DNA of 64,000 nt from contig CACBTT010000002.1 in the NCBI GenBank assembly GCA_902542235.1, positions 15,926-79,925 of the forward strand, read 5' to 3'. The notes under the pieces are model-generated. The model was not told where the DNA came from. It made no database searches and saw only the letters and a program-made list of their open reading frames with translations. Position 1 is the first letter of the stretch; every line of letters starts with the position of its first letter. The stretch comes from an uncultured Pelagibacteraceae bacterium (GTDB lineage Bacteria > Pseudomonadota > Alphaproteobacteria > Pelagibacterales > Pelagibacteraceae). A program made the position numbers and the translations under genes. Of this stretch, positions 21,174-31,746 are shown in pieces.

Positions 21174-22135
21174 TTTATACTACTTGATTTGTTTATTTTG
21201 CTAAATTGACCACCAGTTCTCCAATTAAAACTATATTTATCAATTTCATTCTTAAATATCTTTTTACTGAACAAACCCAAATCAAAGTTAGTCTTGTACA
21301 AGCCTGAACTTATATTATCATATTTTAATAATTTTAGTTGATCTTCTGTTAAAATTGGCTTGGGTAGTAACTGAAATATTTTAGCAGAAAATTTAGCAAT
21401 TGGATTTGGTAAAGGAATTAGCAATCTATTTTTTCCTATAGAAACTAATAACTCTTTAATTATTTCTTTAAATGATATTATTTCAGGACCGATACACTCC
21501 AATACTAAATTTCTATTATTTGTCTCAATCATTTTAACAATTATATCTACAAGATCTGATACATGAATAGGAGCAAATTTAGTTTTACCATTATAATAAA
21601 GTGGCATGAATGGTAATCTGCTCAATAAAGTCATAAAATTTGTTGTAAATTTATCATCAACAGAATAAACAATTGAAGGTTTTAGAACTATAGAATTATT
21701 AAAATTTTCAAGCACTTTTTTTTCACCTTCTAGCTTACTTGTTGCATAATTACTATCATTTGCTTTTTCAATTCCTAAAGCTGAGACATGAATAAATTTC
21801 TCTATTTTTAAATTATTTGCAACTTTAGACAACATATTAGGAAGATCTGTATGAATAGTTTTAAAATGATTCTTTTTACTTTCATACAAAATTCCTACTA
21901 AGTTGATACATATAGAGCAGTTTTTTACTAAAGACTCTATTTTTTCGAAATTGAAGTTCTCAAGTTCTACTAATTCAAGATAGCCTGGGTTAGCTTGGGT
22001 TTTCAATTTATAACCAGCTCTATGTATATTTCTTGTTACAGCTGTTATTTTATAGTTATTTTTAGACAACTTTCTTATCAAATTTCTGCCTATTTGGCCT
22101 GTTGCACCGAAAAGTAGAATTTCTTTTTGTTTCAT
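21170..22135 (-). CDS. Complex I NDUFA9-like NAD(P)-binding SDR protein
   Basis: FGATGQIG, INLVGIL, VSALG, YATSK; start placed at MKQKEIL. Confidence 0.88.
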   Translation of the reverse strand: MKQKEILLFGATGQIGRNLIRKLSKNNYKITAVTRNIHRAGYKLKTQANPGYLELVELENFNFEKIESLVKNCSICINLVGILYESKKNHFKTIHTDLPNMLSKVANNLKIEKFIHVSALGIEKANDSNYATSKLEGEKKVLENFNNSIVLKPSIVYSVDDKFTTNFMTLLSRLPFMPLYYNGKTKFAPIHVSDLVDIIVKMIETNNRNLVLECIGPEIISFKEIIKELLVSIGKNRLLIPLPNPIAKFSAKIFQLLPKPILTEDQLKLLKYDNISSGLYKTNFDLGLFSKKIFKNEIDKYSFNWRTGGQFSKINKSSSIK

Positions 22136-22151
22136 ATATAAATTCTTCAAA

Positions 22152-22763
22152 ATGAATTTGGATATTAAATTACACAAAGGGGATTTGCCAGATCAATTAT
22201 CACTAGGTGACAATATAGCTGTAGATTGTGAATTTACAGGTCTTAACGTTGAAAGAGATAGGCTATGCCTAGTTCAGATTTCAACAGGGAGTAATGATGC
22301 ACACATAATTCAATTGAATCGACAACTTTATGAAGCTCCAAATTTAAAAGGTGTTTTGGAAAATAAAAAAGTTAATAAAATATTCCATTATGCAAGAGCA
22401 GATTTATTATTTATAAAAAAATATCTTAAGGTAGATGTAACAAATATAAATTGCACTAAAATCATGAGTAAAATTGCCAGAAGTTATAGTGAAAAACATG
22501 GATTAAAAGATTTAATTAAAGAATTTACTGGTAATGATATAAGTAAGAATCTTCAATCATCTGATTTTGGTGGTGATTTATCAGAGAAACAATTGCAGTA
22601 TTGTGCAAAAGATGTGATTTATCTTCACAAAATATATGAGAATTTAGAAAAAATTTTAATTAGAGAAAAAAGAATTAAATTATATAAAGAGACAATAAAA
22701 TTTATTAATTGTCGTGTTGAATTAGATTTAGCTTCATTCACGAATGATATTTGGTCCCATTAA
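22152..22763 (+). CDS. rnd: Ribonuclease D-type 3'-5' exonuclease
   Basis: AVDCEFTGL..RDRLCLVQ, FHYARAD, YCAKDV (DEDDy). Confidence 0.88.
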   Translation: MNLDIKLHKGDLPDQLSLGDNIAVDCEFTGLNVERDRLCLVQISTGSNDAHIIQLNRQLYEAPNLKGVLENKKVNKIFHYARADLLFIKKYLKVDVTNINCTKIMSKIARSYSEKHGLKDLIKEFTGNDISKNLQSSDFGGDLSEKQLQYCAKDVIYLHKIYENLEKILIREKRIKLYKETIKFINCRVELDLASFTNDIWSH

Positions 22764-23744
22764 ATGCAAAAAATTAAAATAAAGGAAATCGCGAAAGATG
22801 TTATTCAATTTGAAATAAACGCTTTAAAAAACTTAAAAAAAAATATCAATAAATCGTTCATTGAGATAATTAAAACAATAGTTAGTTGTAAAAATGGTAA
22901 TATTATTATTTCAGGAGTTGGTAAGAGTGGGATAATTGCAAAAAAATGGGCCGCAACATTATCCTCAACAGGTACTGCATCTTTTTTTTTAGACGCATCA
23001 AATGCAAGTCACGGCGACATGGGACAGATTGTATCCAATGATGTTGTAATATTAATAAGTAATAGTGGACAAAGTGAAGAGTTAAAAAATATAATTCAAT
23101 ATGTAACTAGAAATAAAAATATTAAACTTATTGGTATTACCTCCAAAAAAGACTCAATTCTTTATAAGTACTCAAACATAAAATTTTTAATGCCAAAAAT
23201 TAAAGAAGCTGGTCTTGAAAATATAGTTCCTACATCGTCAACTACCGCTCAACTGGCTCTTGGTGATGCAATATCAATTGCCTGTATGAAAAATAAAAAA
23301 TTTACAAAATTTGATTTTAAAAAAATCCATCCAAGTGGTTCTTTATCACTAAAATTAAAAACTGTAGGAGATCTAATGCTTACAGGAAGAAAATTACCTA
23401 TTGTTTATGATAGTTTAAGCATGGATAAAGCTATCAAAGAGATAAATAACAAAAAGCTCGGCGTGCTTTTAATAAAGAATAAAGCAGGTAACACAACCGG
23501 CATAATTACCGATGGCGATATAAAAAGAATTGCCGAAAGATACAAAAACTTTGAAAATTTAGAATTGAAGAAGGTAATGAAAAAAAAACCATTGAGTGTT
23601 GAGATTGATACCCTGGCTGCAAGAGCGCTATTTCTAATGAATTCAAAAAAAATCACATCTCTTTGCGTACACAAAAGTAAAAAAGAGAAGAAAACAATTG
23701 GGATTATTCATATGCACGATATTTTGAAGTCTAACATCAATTAA
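22764..23744 (+). CDS. kdsD: Arabinose-5-phosphate isomerase (KpsF/GutQ)
   Basis: GVGKSG, ASHGDMG, PTSST, HPSG; SIS domain plus CBS pair. Confidence 0.92.
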   Translation: MQKIKIKEIAKDVIQFEINALKNLKKNINKSFIEIIKTIVSCKNGNIIISGVGKSGIIAKKWAATLSSTGTASFFLDASNASHGDMGQIVSNDVVILISNSGQSEELKNIIQYVTRNKNIKLIGITSKKDSILYKYSNIKFLMPKIKEAGLENIVPTSSTTAQLALGDAISIACMKNKKFTKFDFKKIHPSGSLSLKLKTVGDLMLTGRKLPIVYDSLSMDKAIKEINNKKLGVLLIKNKAGNTTGIITDGDIKRIAERYKNFENLELKKVMKKKPLSVEIDTLAARALFLMNSKKITSLCVHKSKKEKKTIGIIHMHDILKSNIN

Positions 23745-24445
23745 TGTCGGTAAAATCAGTATTACAACTTATTTTATTGTCCATGATAATAATCATTATC
23801 GGTGGAATATACTTCTTATATTTCTATTCAAATCAAAATGTTAAAGAAACAAACTTTTTAAAAGATTCTGGTTTAATTTCCGAGGAAAATAATAGTGAAA
23901 AAATCCAAAACGATCAGGTAATTCTTGGGGATAAAAGAATTCAAAATCTTGAGAGTGATAATAATTTAAAAAATGAAAATTCTGATAAGGAATCAAACAC
24001 TGAAAAAAATCTTAATAAAACAAAAAATTTAACCAAACAAATTATATACACAACTTCAAACAAAAAAGGAGACATTTTTAAAATTTTTGCTGAAAATGGT
24101 CAAACCAATTTTGAAAATAACAACATTTTAGAATTAAAGAAAGTAAGAGGTAGTATTTCTTCAAAAGATAGAGAAGAAATCAATATAATTTCGGAAAGAG
24201 GTAAATATAACTATGAAAACTATAATTCAAAATTTTATAAAAATGTAAAAATTAAATTTGATAATAAAGTTATTACATGTGATAATGTTGATCTAAGTAT
24301 TAGCGATAATATTGCTGTTGCGTATAATAATGTTATTATAAATGATGATGATTCTACTATGATTGCTGATTCTGTTGTATTAGACTTAACAACCAAGGAT
24401 ATTATTATTAACTCTAAAGACAAAATAAATATTAAAGTAGATTAA
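23744..24445 (+). CDS. lptC: LptC-like LPS export protein
   Basis: N-terminal TM anchor and beta-rich periplasmic region; located between kdsD and lptB. Confidence 0.65.
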   Translation: MSVKSVLQLILLSMIIIIIGGIYFLYFYSNQNVKETNFLKDSGLISEENNSEKIQNDQVILGDKRIQNLESDNNLKNENSDKESNTEKNLNKTKNLTKQIIYTTSNKKGDIFKIFAENGQTNFENNNILELKKVRGSISSKDREEINIISERGKYNYENYNSKFYKNVKIKFDNKVITCDNVDLSISDNIAVAYNNVIINDDDSTMIADSVVLDLTTKDIIINSKDKINIKVD

Positions 24446-25221
24446 TGGCCCTTATAAAAAAATTTAGAATTAAAAATCTAAAAGGAGATGACCCAATTAT
24501 CGAATTAAAAAATATATCTGTATTTTATAATAAAAGAGAAATTATAAACAATCTTAATTTTAAAATATATAGACAAGAAATACTTGGCATGTTGGGTCCA
24601 AATGGCGTTGGGAAGTCAACAATTTTTAATTTAATATCCGGCTTAAAAGACCCTAACTATGGTGAGATAATTATAAACGGTGTCAATTGCACCAAACTAC
24701 CTATATACGAAAGATTTACAAAATTTAAACTTGGTTTAGTTCCTCAATATGGAGGTATAATTCATGATTTAACTTTAATTGATAACTTAAAACTTGTTTC
24801 TGAAATACATATAAACAAAAAAGAAGCACGAAAACAGAAAATAGAAAAACTTGTAGGTCAATTTGAGTTTGAGCCATTGTTAAATATCAAATCTAAACAT
24901 TTATCAGGTGGTCAAAAAAAAAAACTAGTTATTGCAATGGCACTTATCAATGATCCTAAAATACTGTTATTGGACGAACCTTTTGCAGCTTTGGATATTT
25001 TAACTATAAAAATGCTTCAAGAAGTAATACTAAATTTGCAATCAACTGAGGAAATTACTGTTGTTGTTTGTGATCATCAAGCTAGGGATCTTCTTAACTG
25101 TGTGGATAGAGCCATGATATTATCTAATGGTAAAATTATTGCTTTGGGTAGTCCAAACGAAGTTATATCCAATAAAATAGCTAAAAGTCATTATTTTGGA
25201 GAAGAATTTAATATTAATTAA
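24445..25221 (+). CDS. lptB: LPS export ABC ATPase
   Basis: GPNGVGKST, LSGGQ, LLDEPFA, C-terminal YFGEEF. Confidence 0.88.
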   Translation: MALIKKFRIKNLKGDDPIIELKNISVFYNKREIINNLNFKIYRQEILGMLGPNGVGKSTIFNLISGLKDPNYGEIIINGVNCTKLPIYERFTKFKLGLVPQYGGIIHDLTLIDNLKLVSEIHINKKEARKQKIEKLVGQFEFEPLLNIKSKHLSGGQKKKLVIAMALINDPKILLLDEPFAALDILTIKMLQEVILNLQSTEEITVVVCDHQARDLLNCVDRAMILSNGKIIALGSPNEVISNKIAKSHYFGEEFNIN

Positions 25222-25227
25222 TTTACT

Positions 25228-26553
25228 ATGAAACAATACGTAGTAATTAATCAAAAAATAAATCCTTTTAAAAAAAATATTAACGTAAGTGGAGATAAAA
25301 GTATATCAATAAGGAGTATATTGTTGGCATCACAGGCAATTGGTAAATCAAAAATTTATAATTTGCTAGAGTCAGAAGATGTTTCAACCACTTTAGAAAC
25401 AATAAATAAACTTGGGGTCAAGTTTAAAAAATTTAAATCTTATTATGAAATATATGGATTGGGTTTAAATGGATTTAATATAAAGAAAAATTTAACCATT
25501 AATGCAGGTAATTCAGGTACACTAGCAAGATTGATTTTGGGCTTACTCGTTAATACAAATAATGTTGTAAAAATCGTAGGTGATAAAAGTCTTTCGTCAA
25601 GAGATTTTTCTAGAATAACAGAGCCTCTTAAATTATTTGGAGCAAATATTCATTCTAAAAATAAAAAACTACCTGTTAAAATTCATGGTTCAGAATTTTT
25701 AAGACCAATAAAATACTTTGAAAATTTAGGAAGTGCTCAATGTAAGAGTGCTGTGATGTTGGCTGCTTTAAAGACACATGGCATCACAAAAATTAAGGCA
25801 AAAAAGTCAAGAAATCATACTGAATTATTTTTTAAACATTTAAAGATACCTATTAAAATTTTAAATAAAAAAAATTATGATTTAATTGAAGTAACTGGAT
25901 TATCAAATTTCAATGCTTTTGAATATAAGGTGCCTGGAGATATAAGTTCATGCGCTTTTTTCATTGTTTTGACTTTAATTTCTAGAAAATCTAATTTGGT
26001 TATTAAAAATGTAAATATTAACGATACAAGAATTGGAGTTGTTACAATTTTAAATAGAATGGGTGGTAATATTATATTCAAAAATAAAAAAATTTACAAA
26101 GGTGAGTTGATCGGAGATATTTACGTGAAAAGCCAGAGCAAACTGTATGGCATCAAATGTCCAGTAAATTTAAATAGTTCAGCTATTGATGAATTTTTAA
26201 TAATTTTTATCGCAGCAGCAAAAGCTAAAGGTATTTCCCATTTTAAAAATTTATCTGAATTAAATAAAAAAGAGAGCCCAAGGTTAAATATAGCAATCAA
26301 AATACTACTCAACCTCGGGGTTAAAGTTATAAGAAAAAATGATGATATTAAAATATATGGAAATCCAAACTTAAATTTAAAAGGAAGCTACATAATTAAA
26401 AATTTTATGAAAGATCATAGAGTTCTGATGATGTCATGTATTGCAGCTTTAACGTTGGGGGGTAAATGGAAAATATCTGATATAGATTCTGTGAAAACTT
26501 CCTTCCCAAATTTCTTTAAAACTTTAAAACAACTTGGTGCTAAAATTAATTGA
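25228..26553 (+). CDS. aroA: EPSP synthase
   Basis: GDKSIS, GNSGT, SAQCKSA, RNHTE, DHR. Confidence 0.93.
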   Translation: MKQYVVINQKINPFKKNINVSGDKSISIRSILLASQAIGKSKIYNLLESEDVSTTLETINKLGVKFKKFKSYYEIYGLGLNGFNIKKNLTINAGNSGTLARLILGLLVNTNNVVKIVGDKSLSSRDFSRITEPLKLFGANIHSKNKKLPVKIHGSEFLRPIKYFENLGSAQCKSAVMLAALKTHGITKIKAKKSRNHTELFFKHLKIPIKILNKKNYDLIEVTGLSNFNAFEYKVPGDISSCAFFIVLTLISRKSNLVIKNVNINDTRIGVVTILNRMGGNIIFKNKKIYKGELIGDIYVKSQSKLYGIKCPVNLNSSAIDEFLIIFIAAAKAKGISHFKNLSELNKKESPRLNIAIKILLNLGVKVIRKNDDIKIYGNPNLNLKGSYIIKNFMKDHRVLMMSCIAALTLGGKWKISDIDSVKTSFPNFFKTLKQLGAKIN

Positions 26554-27218
26554 AAAAAAGAAAAAATATAATAACTGTGGCAATAGATTCTCCTGCAGCA
26601 GCAGGTGCTGGGACACAAGCAAAACTTATAGCTCAAGCTTATAATTTAATATATTTAGATACTGGAAAAATTTACAGATATATTGGCTGGTTAAGACTGT
26701 CAAAAAATAAAAGTTTTAGTCTCTTGTTTATTAAAAAAAAAATAAAAAAACTAAGAATAAATGAACTTCAAAATAAAAAATTATTATCAGATAAAGTTGC
26801 ATTGTCAGCCTCAATCATTGCTAAAGATAAAAAAATCAGAAATATTATAAAAGAATTTCAATTAAATATTGCTTACAAACCTCCACAGAAATTCTCAGGT
26901 TCAGTACTTGATGGTAGAGATATAACATCTATAATTATGAAGGATGCAATGTTTAAGTTTTTTATAAATGCTAATTTGAATATAAGAGCTAAAAGAAGAT
27001 ATTTGGAATATAAGAAACTTAAAAATAAAATTACTTTTAAAGAAGTTCTTAAAAACCTCAAAAAAAGGGATAAATTTGACAAAAATAGACGTTATAGTCC
27101 ACTAGTTAAGACTGAAGATTCAATCTTGATTAATACATCCAAATTAAGTAAGAAGGCGTGCTTTAATAAAATAAAAAAGATAATGGATAAAAAATTAAAA
27201 GTTAATGGAAATATATAA
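26550..27218 (+). CDS. cmk: Cytidylate kinase with atypical P-loop
   Basis: YLDTG.IYR, LDGRDI, RD..D..R.SPL; aroA-cmk-rpsA order. Confidence 0.9.
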   Translation: MKKRKNIITVAIDSPAAAGAGTQAKLIAQAYNLIYLDTGKIYRYIGWLRLSKNKSFSLLFIKKKIKKLRINELQNKKLLSDKVALSASIIAKDKKIRNIIKEFQLNIAYKPPQKFSGSVLDGRDITSIIMKDAMFKFFINANLNIRAKRRYLEYKKLKNKITFKEVLKNLKKRDKFDKNRRYSPLVKTEDSILINTSKLSKKACFNKIKKIMDKKLKVNGNI

Positions 27219-28944
27219 AGATTTAAATTCGCCAGGCAATAAAAAATTTGAAGAATTGCTTAATTCGCAGCTATCAAAAAATAAAATTGAAGAAGGAAAA
27301 ATTATAGACGGAAAAGTAACTAAAATTACTGAAAAGTTTGTTTTTATATTCATACCTGGGTTAAAAAGTGAACCAATTATCGATATTAACGAGTTAAAAT
27401 TAATTGGACTAAAAGAGAAAATAAAAGTTGGAGAAGAAATTCCAGTATTATTAGAAAAACTCGAAGATAAAAATGGAGAGGTGATTGTCTCAGCTCTCAA
27501 AGCTCAAAAAATAAAAGGTTGGTACAAACTTGAGAAAGCATATGAAGAAAACCAATCAATACAAGGTAAAATTACAACAAAGTGTAAAGGAGGAGTAATT
27601 GTTGAGCATATTGAAACTGGTTCTCTAATGTTTTGTCCAGGATCACAAATTAGTGATAAACCTTTAAAAAACATTGATCATTTAATTGGTGTTGAGCAAA
27701 AATTTGCGATTATAAAATTAGATAAAATTAGAGGAAATGCTTGTGTATCTAGAAGACAAATTGTTTCATCTAACAAAAGAGAAGATAAAGCAAAAATAAT
27801 AGAAAAGTTTAAAGTGGGCGATATAATTAAAGATGCGATAGTTAAAGGATACTCATCATTTGGTTGCTTCTTTGAGGTGAATACGCCAGATGGTACGATT
27901 GATACTTTGTGTCACTTACAAGAGATAAGCTATAGCAGAGTAAATCATCCTGACGAAATATTTAATATCGGAGAAAAGCATGACTTAAAAGTTATTTCAA
28001 TTGATCACGAAAAACTTCAGGTAGGTTGTTCGATTAAACAATTGTCCCCAGATCCATTCGAGCATATATCAAATTATGAAATAGGTAAGAAATATAAGGT
28101 TCAAATTGATAAAATCACTGACTATGGGTGTTTTTGCAGTTTAGAACCAGGACTAAGTACTTTGCTTCATAACAGTGAAATGAGTTGGACAAAAAGAAAT
28201 GTTGTGCCAAAAAAATTATTCAAAGAAGGTGATACAATTGAATGTATTATTACAGAAATTGATAAGGATAAAAGAAGAATTGCGATATCTCATAAACTTA
28301 CAATTGAAAATCCTTATCAAACATTTACGAATAAACAACCTGAAGGAAGTGAAATCAATGGCGTTGTATCAAGCGCAAATGAATACGCATTGTATATTAG
28401 ATTAGATGGTTATGAAATTGACGGATTCTTGCATGCAAATGACCTAAGTTATACGGGAAAACCCGAAGAAGAATTAAAAAAATATAAAAAAGGTGATAAT
28501 TTAAAAGTGAAGGTTTTAGAAATAAAAAAAGATGATCAAAAAGTTAGAGTTGGATTAAAACAATTGGGTGAAGATCCATTCAATTGGTTTAAAGGAAGAA
28601 AAGTAAATGACATTGTTACAGTTCAAGTTGTTTCTTCTGATAATAGAGGTTTGCTTGTAAAGCCTGAAAAATGTGAAATAGAATTTCTTATAAAAAAATC
28701 CAATATTGCAGTAAATTCATCAGATGCAAGACCTTCAAGATTTGTTGGTGGAGAACGTATTGATGCAGCTATATCAGAATTAAATATGGAAAAAAGAAAA
28801 GCAAATTTTAGTATAAAATTGCTTGAAGAGCTACAAAACAAAGAAGCCGTAACAAAATTTTCAAGTCCTCTTAGTGGAAAGAATTTACCGTTCTCGTCGC
28901 TCTCAGAAAAATTAGACGATAAAAAAAACAAAGATAATGAGTAA
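27205..28944 (+). CDS. rpsA: 30S ribosomal protein S1
   Basis: Repeated S1 domains (FCPGSQI, HNSEMSW, GFLHANDLS). Confidence 0.95.
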   Translation: MEIYKDLNSPGNKKFEELLNSQLSKNKIEEGKIIDGKVTKITEKFVFIFIPGLKSEPIIDINELKLIGLKEKIKVGEEIPVLLEKLEDKNGEVIVSALKAQKIKGWYKLEKAYEENQSIQGKITTKCKGGVIVEHIETGSLMFCPGSQISDKPLKNIDHLIGVEQKFAIIKLDKIRGNACVSRRQIVSSNKREDKAKIIEKFKVGDIIKDAIVKGYSSFGCFFEVNTPDGTIDTLCHLQEISYSRVNHPDEIFNIGEKHDLKVISIDHEKLQVGCSIKQLSPDPFEHISNYEIGKKYKVQIDKITDYGCFCSLEPGLSTLLHNSEMSWTKRNVVPKKLFKEGDTIECIITEIDKDKRRIAISHKLTIENPYQTFTNKQPEGSEINGVVSSANEYALYIRLDGYEIDGFLHANDLSYTGKPEEELKKYKKGDNLKVKVLEIKKDDQKVRVGLKQLGEDPFNWFKGRKVNDIVTVQVVSSDNRGLLVKPEKCEIEFLIKKSNIAVNSSDARPSRFVGGERIDAAISELNMEKRKANFSIKLLEELQNKEAVTKFSSPLSGKNLPFSSLSEKLDDKKNKDNE

Positions 28945-28948
28945 ATAA

Positions 28949-29239
28949 TTGTCTATTTCAAAGTCAGAAGTAATAAAAAAATTAAATAATAATTACCCAA
29001 ATTTTTATAAAAAAGATCTCACTAAATTAATTAATATTTTTATATCTGAAATAAGAAATTCTCTAAAAAGAAAAAATAGAGTTGAATTAAGAGATGTTTT
29101 CACATTAGAAACCAGACTTCAAAAAGCAAGGTATGCCAGAAACCCGAAAACAAATGAAAAAATATTCATAAAAGACAAATATAATATATCCTTTAAATCA
29201 TCAAAATTTTGGTTAAAGAAAATAAATGAGGAAAAATAA
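28949..29239 (+). CDS. ihfB: Integration host factor beta / HU-family protein
   Basis: KSE, RVELR, ARNPKT arm; follows rpsA; TTG start. Confidence 0.8.
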   Translation: MSISKSEVIKKLNNNYPNFYKKDLTKLINIFISEIRNSLKRKNRVELRDVFTLETRLQKARYARNPKTNEKIFIKDKYNISFKSSKFWLKKINEEK

Positions 29240-29897
29240 AGTTTTTATTGCTTGTGATACAACTAATATAAGAAAAATAAAAAATTTAATAAAAGAAACA
29301 CAAAATAAAAAAATTATATTTGGTTATAAATTTGGTTTAGAACTTTTAAACTCAAAAGATGGACGAAAATTTGTAAGCACACAAAAGAAACAAATAACAT
29401 TTGGTGATTATAAGTTCCATGACATACCTAACACATGTGCATCAGCATTAAAAGCTGTAAGCGATTTAAAATTTAATTATATCACAATTCATATCAGTTC
29501 AGGTTTAAATGCTTTAAAGGCTGCTAAAAAAAAAGCGGGAAAAACTAAACTAATTGGGGTAAGTGTACTAACTTCATTGGATAAAAAAACTTTAGAAGAA
29601 ATTGGACATAATCAAACTGTTAAAAAAATAGTTAAACAACATGCAAAATTAGCTTCTAAAGCTAATTTAGATGCTATAGTTTGTAGTGCAAGGGAAGTAA
29701 AAGATGTGAGAAAAATATTTAAAAAAGAAATTATAACCCCTGGAATAAGATTTAAAAATAATTTTGATGATCAAAAAAGAGTGATGACTCCTAAAGAAGC
29801 TTTTAAAAATGGAAGTGACTGGATTGTTATTGGTAGGCCAATTACAAAAGGAAATATAAAAAATAACATCAAAAAGTTGATAGATCATCTAAAATAA
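29226..29897 (+). CDS. pyrF: Orotidine-5'-phosphate decarboxylase
   Basis: DYKFHDIPNT, VLTS, TPGIR, DDQKRV.TP, IGRPIT. Confidence 0.95.
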   Translation: MRKNKVFIACDTTNIRKIKNLIKETQNKKIIFGYKFGLELLNSKDGRKFVSTQKKQITFGDYKFHDIPNTCASALKAVSDLKFNYITIHISSGLNALKAAKKKAGKTKLIGVSVLTSLDKKTLEEIGHNQTVKKIVKQHAKLASKANLDAIVCSAREVKDVRKIFKKEIITPGIRFKNNFDDQKRVMTPKEAFKNGSDWIVIGRPITKGNIKNNIKKLIDHLK

Positions 29898-29899
29898 AT

Positions 29900-30517
29900 A
29901 TGGATGCAAAAATATGTGGAATTAAAAATTCTAAAACTTTGAATTATTTAATTAATCACAAGTATCCGCCAAAATTTATTGGATTCATTTGCAATTATCC
30001 AAAGTCAAAAAGGTATTTAGAATTTAAGTTTCTAAAAAAACTTATTGATATAAATAAATCATCAGAAATTAATTTTGTAAGTGTATTAGTTAACCCAAAT
30101 AAAGATATTTTAAATAAAATTAAAAGTTTAAATTTTGATTATTTGCAATTGTATGATGTCAGCCCAGAAAGAACTTTGAAGATTAAAAAAGAATTAAATA
30201 TAAAAATAATAAGTGCTATTACTGTCAAAAGTACTAAAGATGTAAATTTATATAAAAAATATAAAGATATTTCTGATATTATTTTATTTGATAGTAAAGG
30301 CTATGAAAAATCTGAAAGTTTTAACCATGATTTAATAAAAAAAGTAACAAGTAAAATAAAAATTATGTTAGCAGGTAATATTCAATACGATGATAAGCTT
30401 GAAAAGTATAGAAAAATAACAGATATTATAGATCTATCTGGTAGTTTGGAAACCAAAGGTGAAAAAGATGTTTCAAAAATAAATATTTTTTTAAACAACT
30501 TAAAAAAAATAAAATAA
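29900..30517 (+). CDS. trpF: Phosphoribosylanthranilate isomerase
   Basis: KICGI, SKRY, QL, LFDS, LAG, DLSG..E; upstream of trpB. Confidence 0.88.
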   Translation: MDAKICGIKNSKTLNYLINHKYPPKFIGFICNYPKSKRYLEFKFLKKLIDINKSSEINFVSVLVNPNKDILNKIKSLNFDYLQLYDVSPERTLKIKKELNIKIISAITVKSTKDVNLYKKYKDISDIILFDSKGYEKSESFNHDLIKKVTSKIKIMLAGNIQYDDKLEKYRKITDIIDLSGSLETKGEKDVSKINIFLNNLKKIK

Positions 30518-31746
30518 TGAAATTAAAAAAAAATATTCAATTAATTGACCAACATGACAAATATGGTTTTTGGGGTGGTAAGTTCGGTGGTAGTTATATT
30601 CCAGAAACACTAAAAAAACCAATTGATGACCTTACTAGAGAATTTAAAAAATTAAGGAAAAATAAATCTTTTATAAAAAAAAGGGACTTCTATTTTAAAA
30701 ATTATGTAGGTTCACCTACAAGATTTATTAAATTAAATAAATTATCAGAGCATCTTGGTGGCGGTCAAATTTGGGCAAAAGTTGTTTCTGATGCGAATGG
30801 TGGTGCACACAAAATTTATAATGCAACAGTTCACGCTCTAATATGCAAAACAATGGGTAAAAAATATATTATTGGAGATACAGGTGCAGGTTATGCTGGA
30901 AAAATGCTAAGTATGGCTGCTCAAAAATTTGGTCTAAAATGTAAAATTTTCATGGGAGCTAAAGATATAAAGAGACAAAAACCAAACTGTGATGCAATTA
31001 GAAAAAATGGAGCCGAAATTGTTCCTGTAACCACTGGTAGTCAAACTCTAGTAGATGCAGTTAGTGAATGTATGCGTTATTGGGTTTCAAATTGTGATAC
31101 TACTCATATGTGTGTTGGATCTACTGTTGGACCAAATATATTTGTGAAAATTTGTGGCTGGAGCACAGCTCAAATATCAAGAGAGCTAAAAAATCAATTA
31201 TTTTTGGAATTTAATAAAATTCCAAAAAAGATAAAATTAATTAATTGTGTTGGTGGGGGAAGCTCAGCTTATGGTTTCTGGAGTGAATTTATTGATTTCC
31301 CAAAAAGTCAAATAGAACTAATTGGTGTTGAAGCTGGAGGACCACAAAATTCCAAATTACATGCTGCTCCTTTAAGCAGAGGAGCAAAAATAGGTATTTT
31401 GCATGGGGCAGCTTCTTATGTATGTCAAAATAAAGAAGGACAAATTAATGAAACAGAATCTATTAGTGCAGGCTTAGATTATCCAGGAGTAAGTCCAATT
31501 CATTGTTTTCTTAAGGATACAAAAAGAGCAAAATATACATTTGCAACTGACGAAGAGGCGCTAGATGCTTATAAATTAGTAACAAAGTTTGAAAAACTTA
31601 ATCCGAGTTTAGAACCTAGTCACGCGTTTGCTGAGGCAATTAAAATTGCTCCGAAATTAAGAAAAGATAATATTATAATTGTTAATTCTTGTGGAGATGC
31701 AAAAAAAGACAGAGATATTTTAAAACAAAGATTGCCAATAAAATGA
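30517..31746 (+). CDS. trpB: Tryptophan synthase beta chain (divergent)
   Basis: FGGSYIPETL, GAHK PLP lysine, CVGGGS, SISAGLDYPGV, LEPSHA. Confidence 0.9.
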   Translation: MKLKKNIQLIDQHDKYGFWGGKFGGSYIPETLKKPIDDLTREFKKLRKNKSFIKKRDFYFKNYVGSPTRFIKLNKLSEHLGGGQIWAKVVSDANGGAHKIYNATVHALICKTMGKKYIIGDTGAGYAGKMLSMAAQKFGLKCKIFMGAKDIKRQKPNCDAIRKNGAEIVPVTTGSQTLVDAVSECMRYWVSNCDTTHMCVGSTVGPNIFVKICGWSTAQISRELKNQLFLEFNKIPKKIKLINCVGGGSSAYGFWSEFIDFPKSQIELIGVEAGGPQNSKLHAAPLSRGAKIGILHGAASYVCQNKEGQINETESISAGLDYPGVSPIHCFLKDTKRAKYTFATDEEALDAYKLVTKFEKLNPSLEPSHAFAEAIKIAPKLRKDNIIIVNSCGDAKKDRDILKQRLPIK

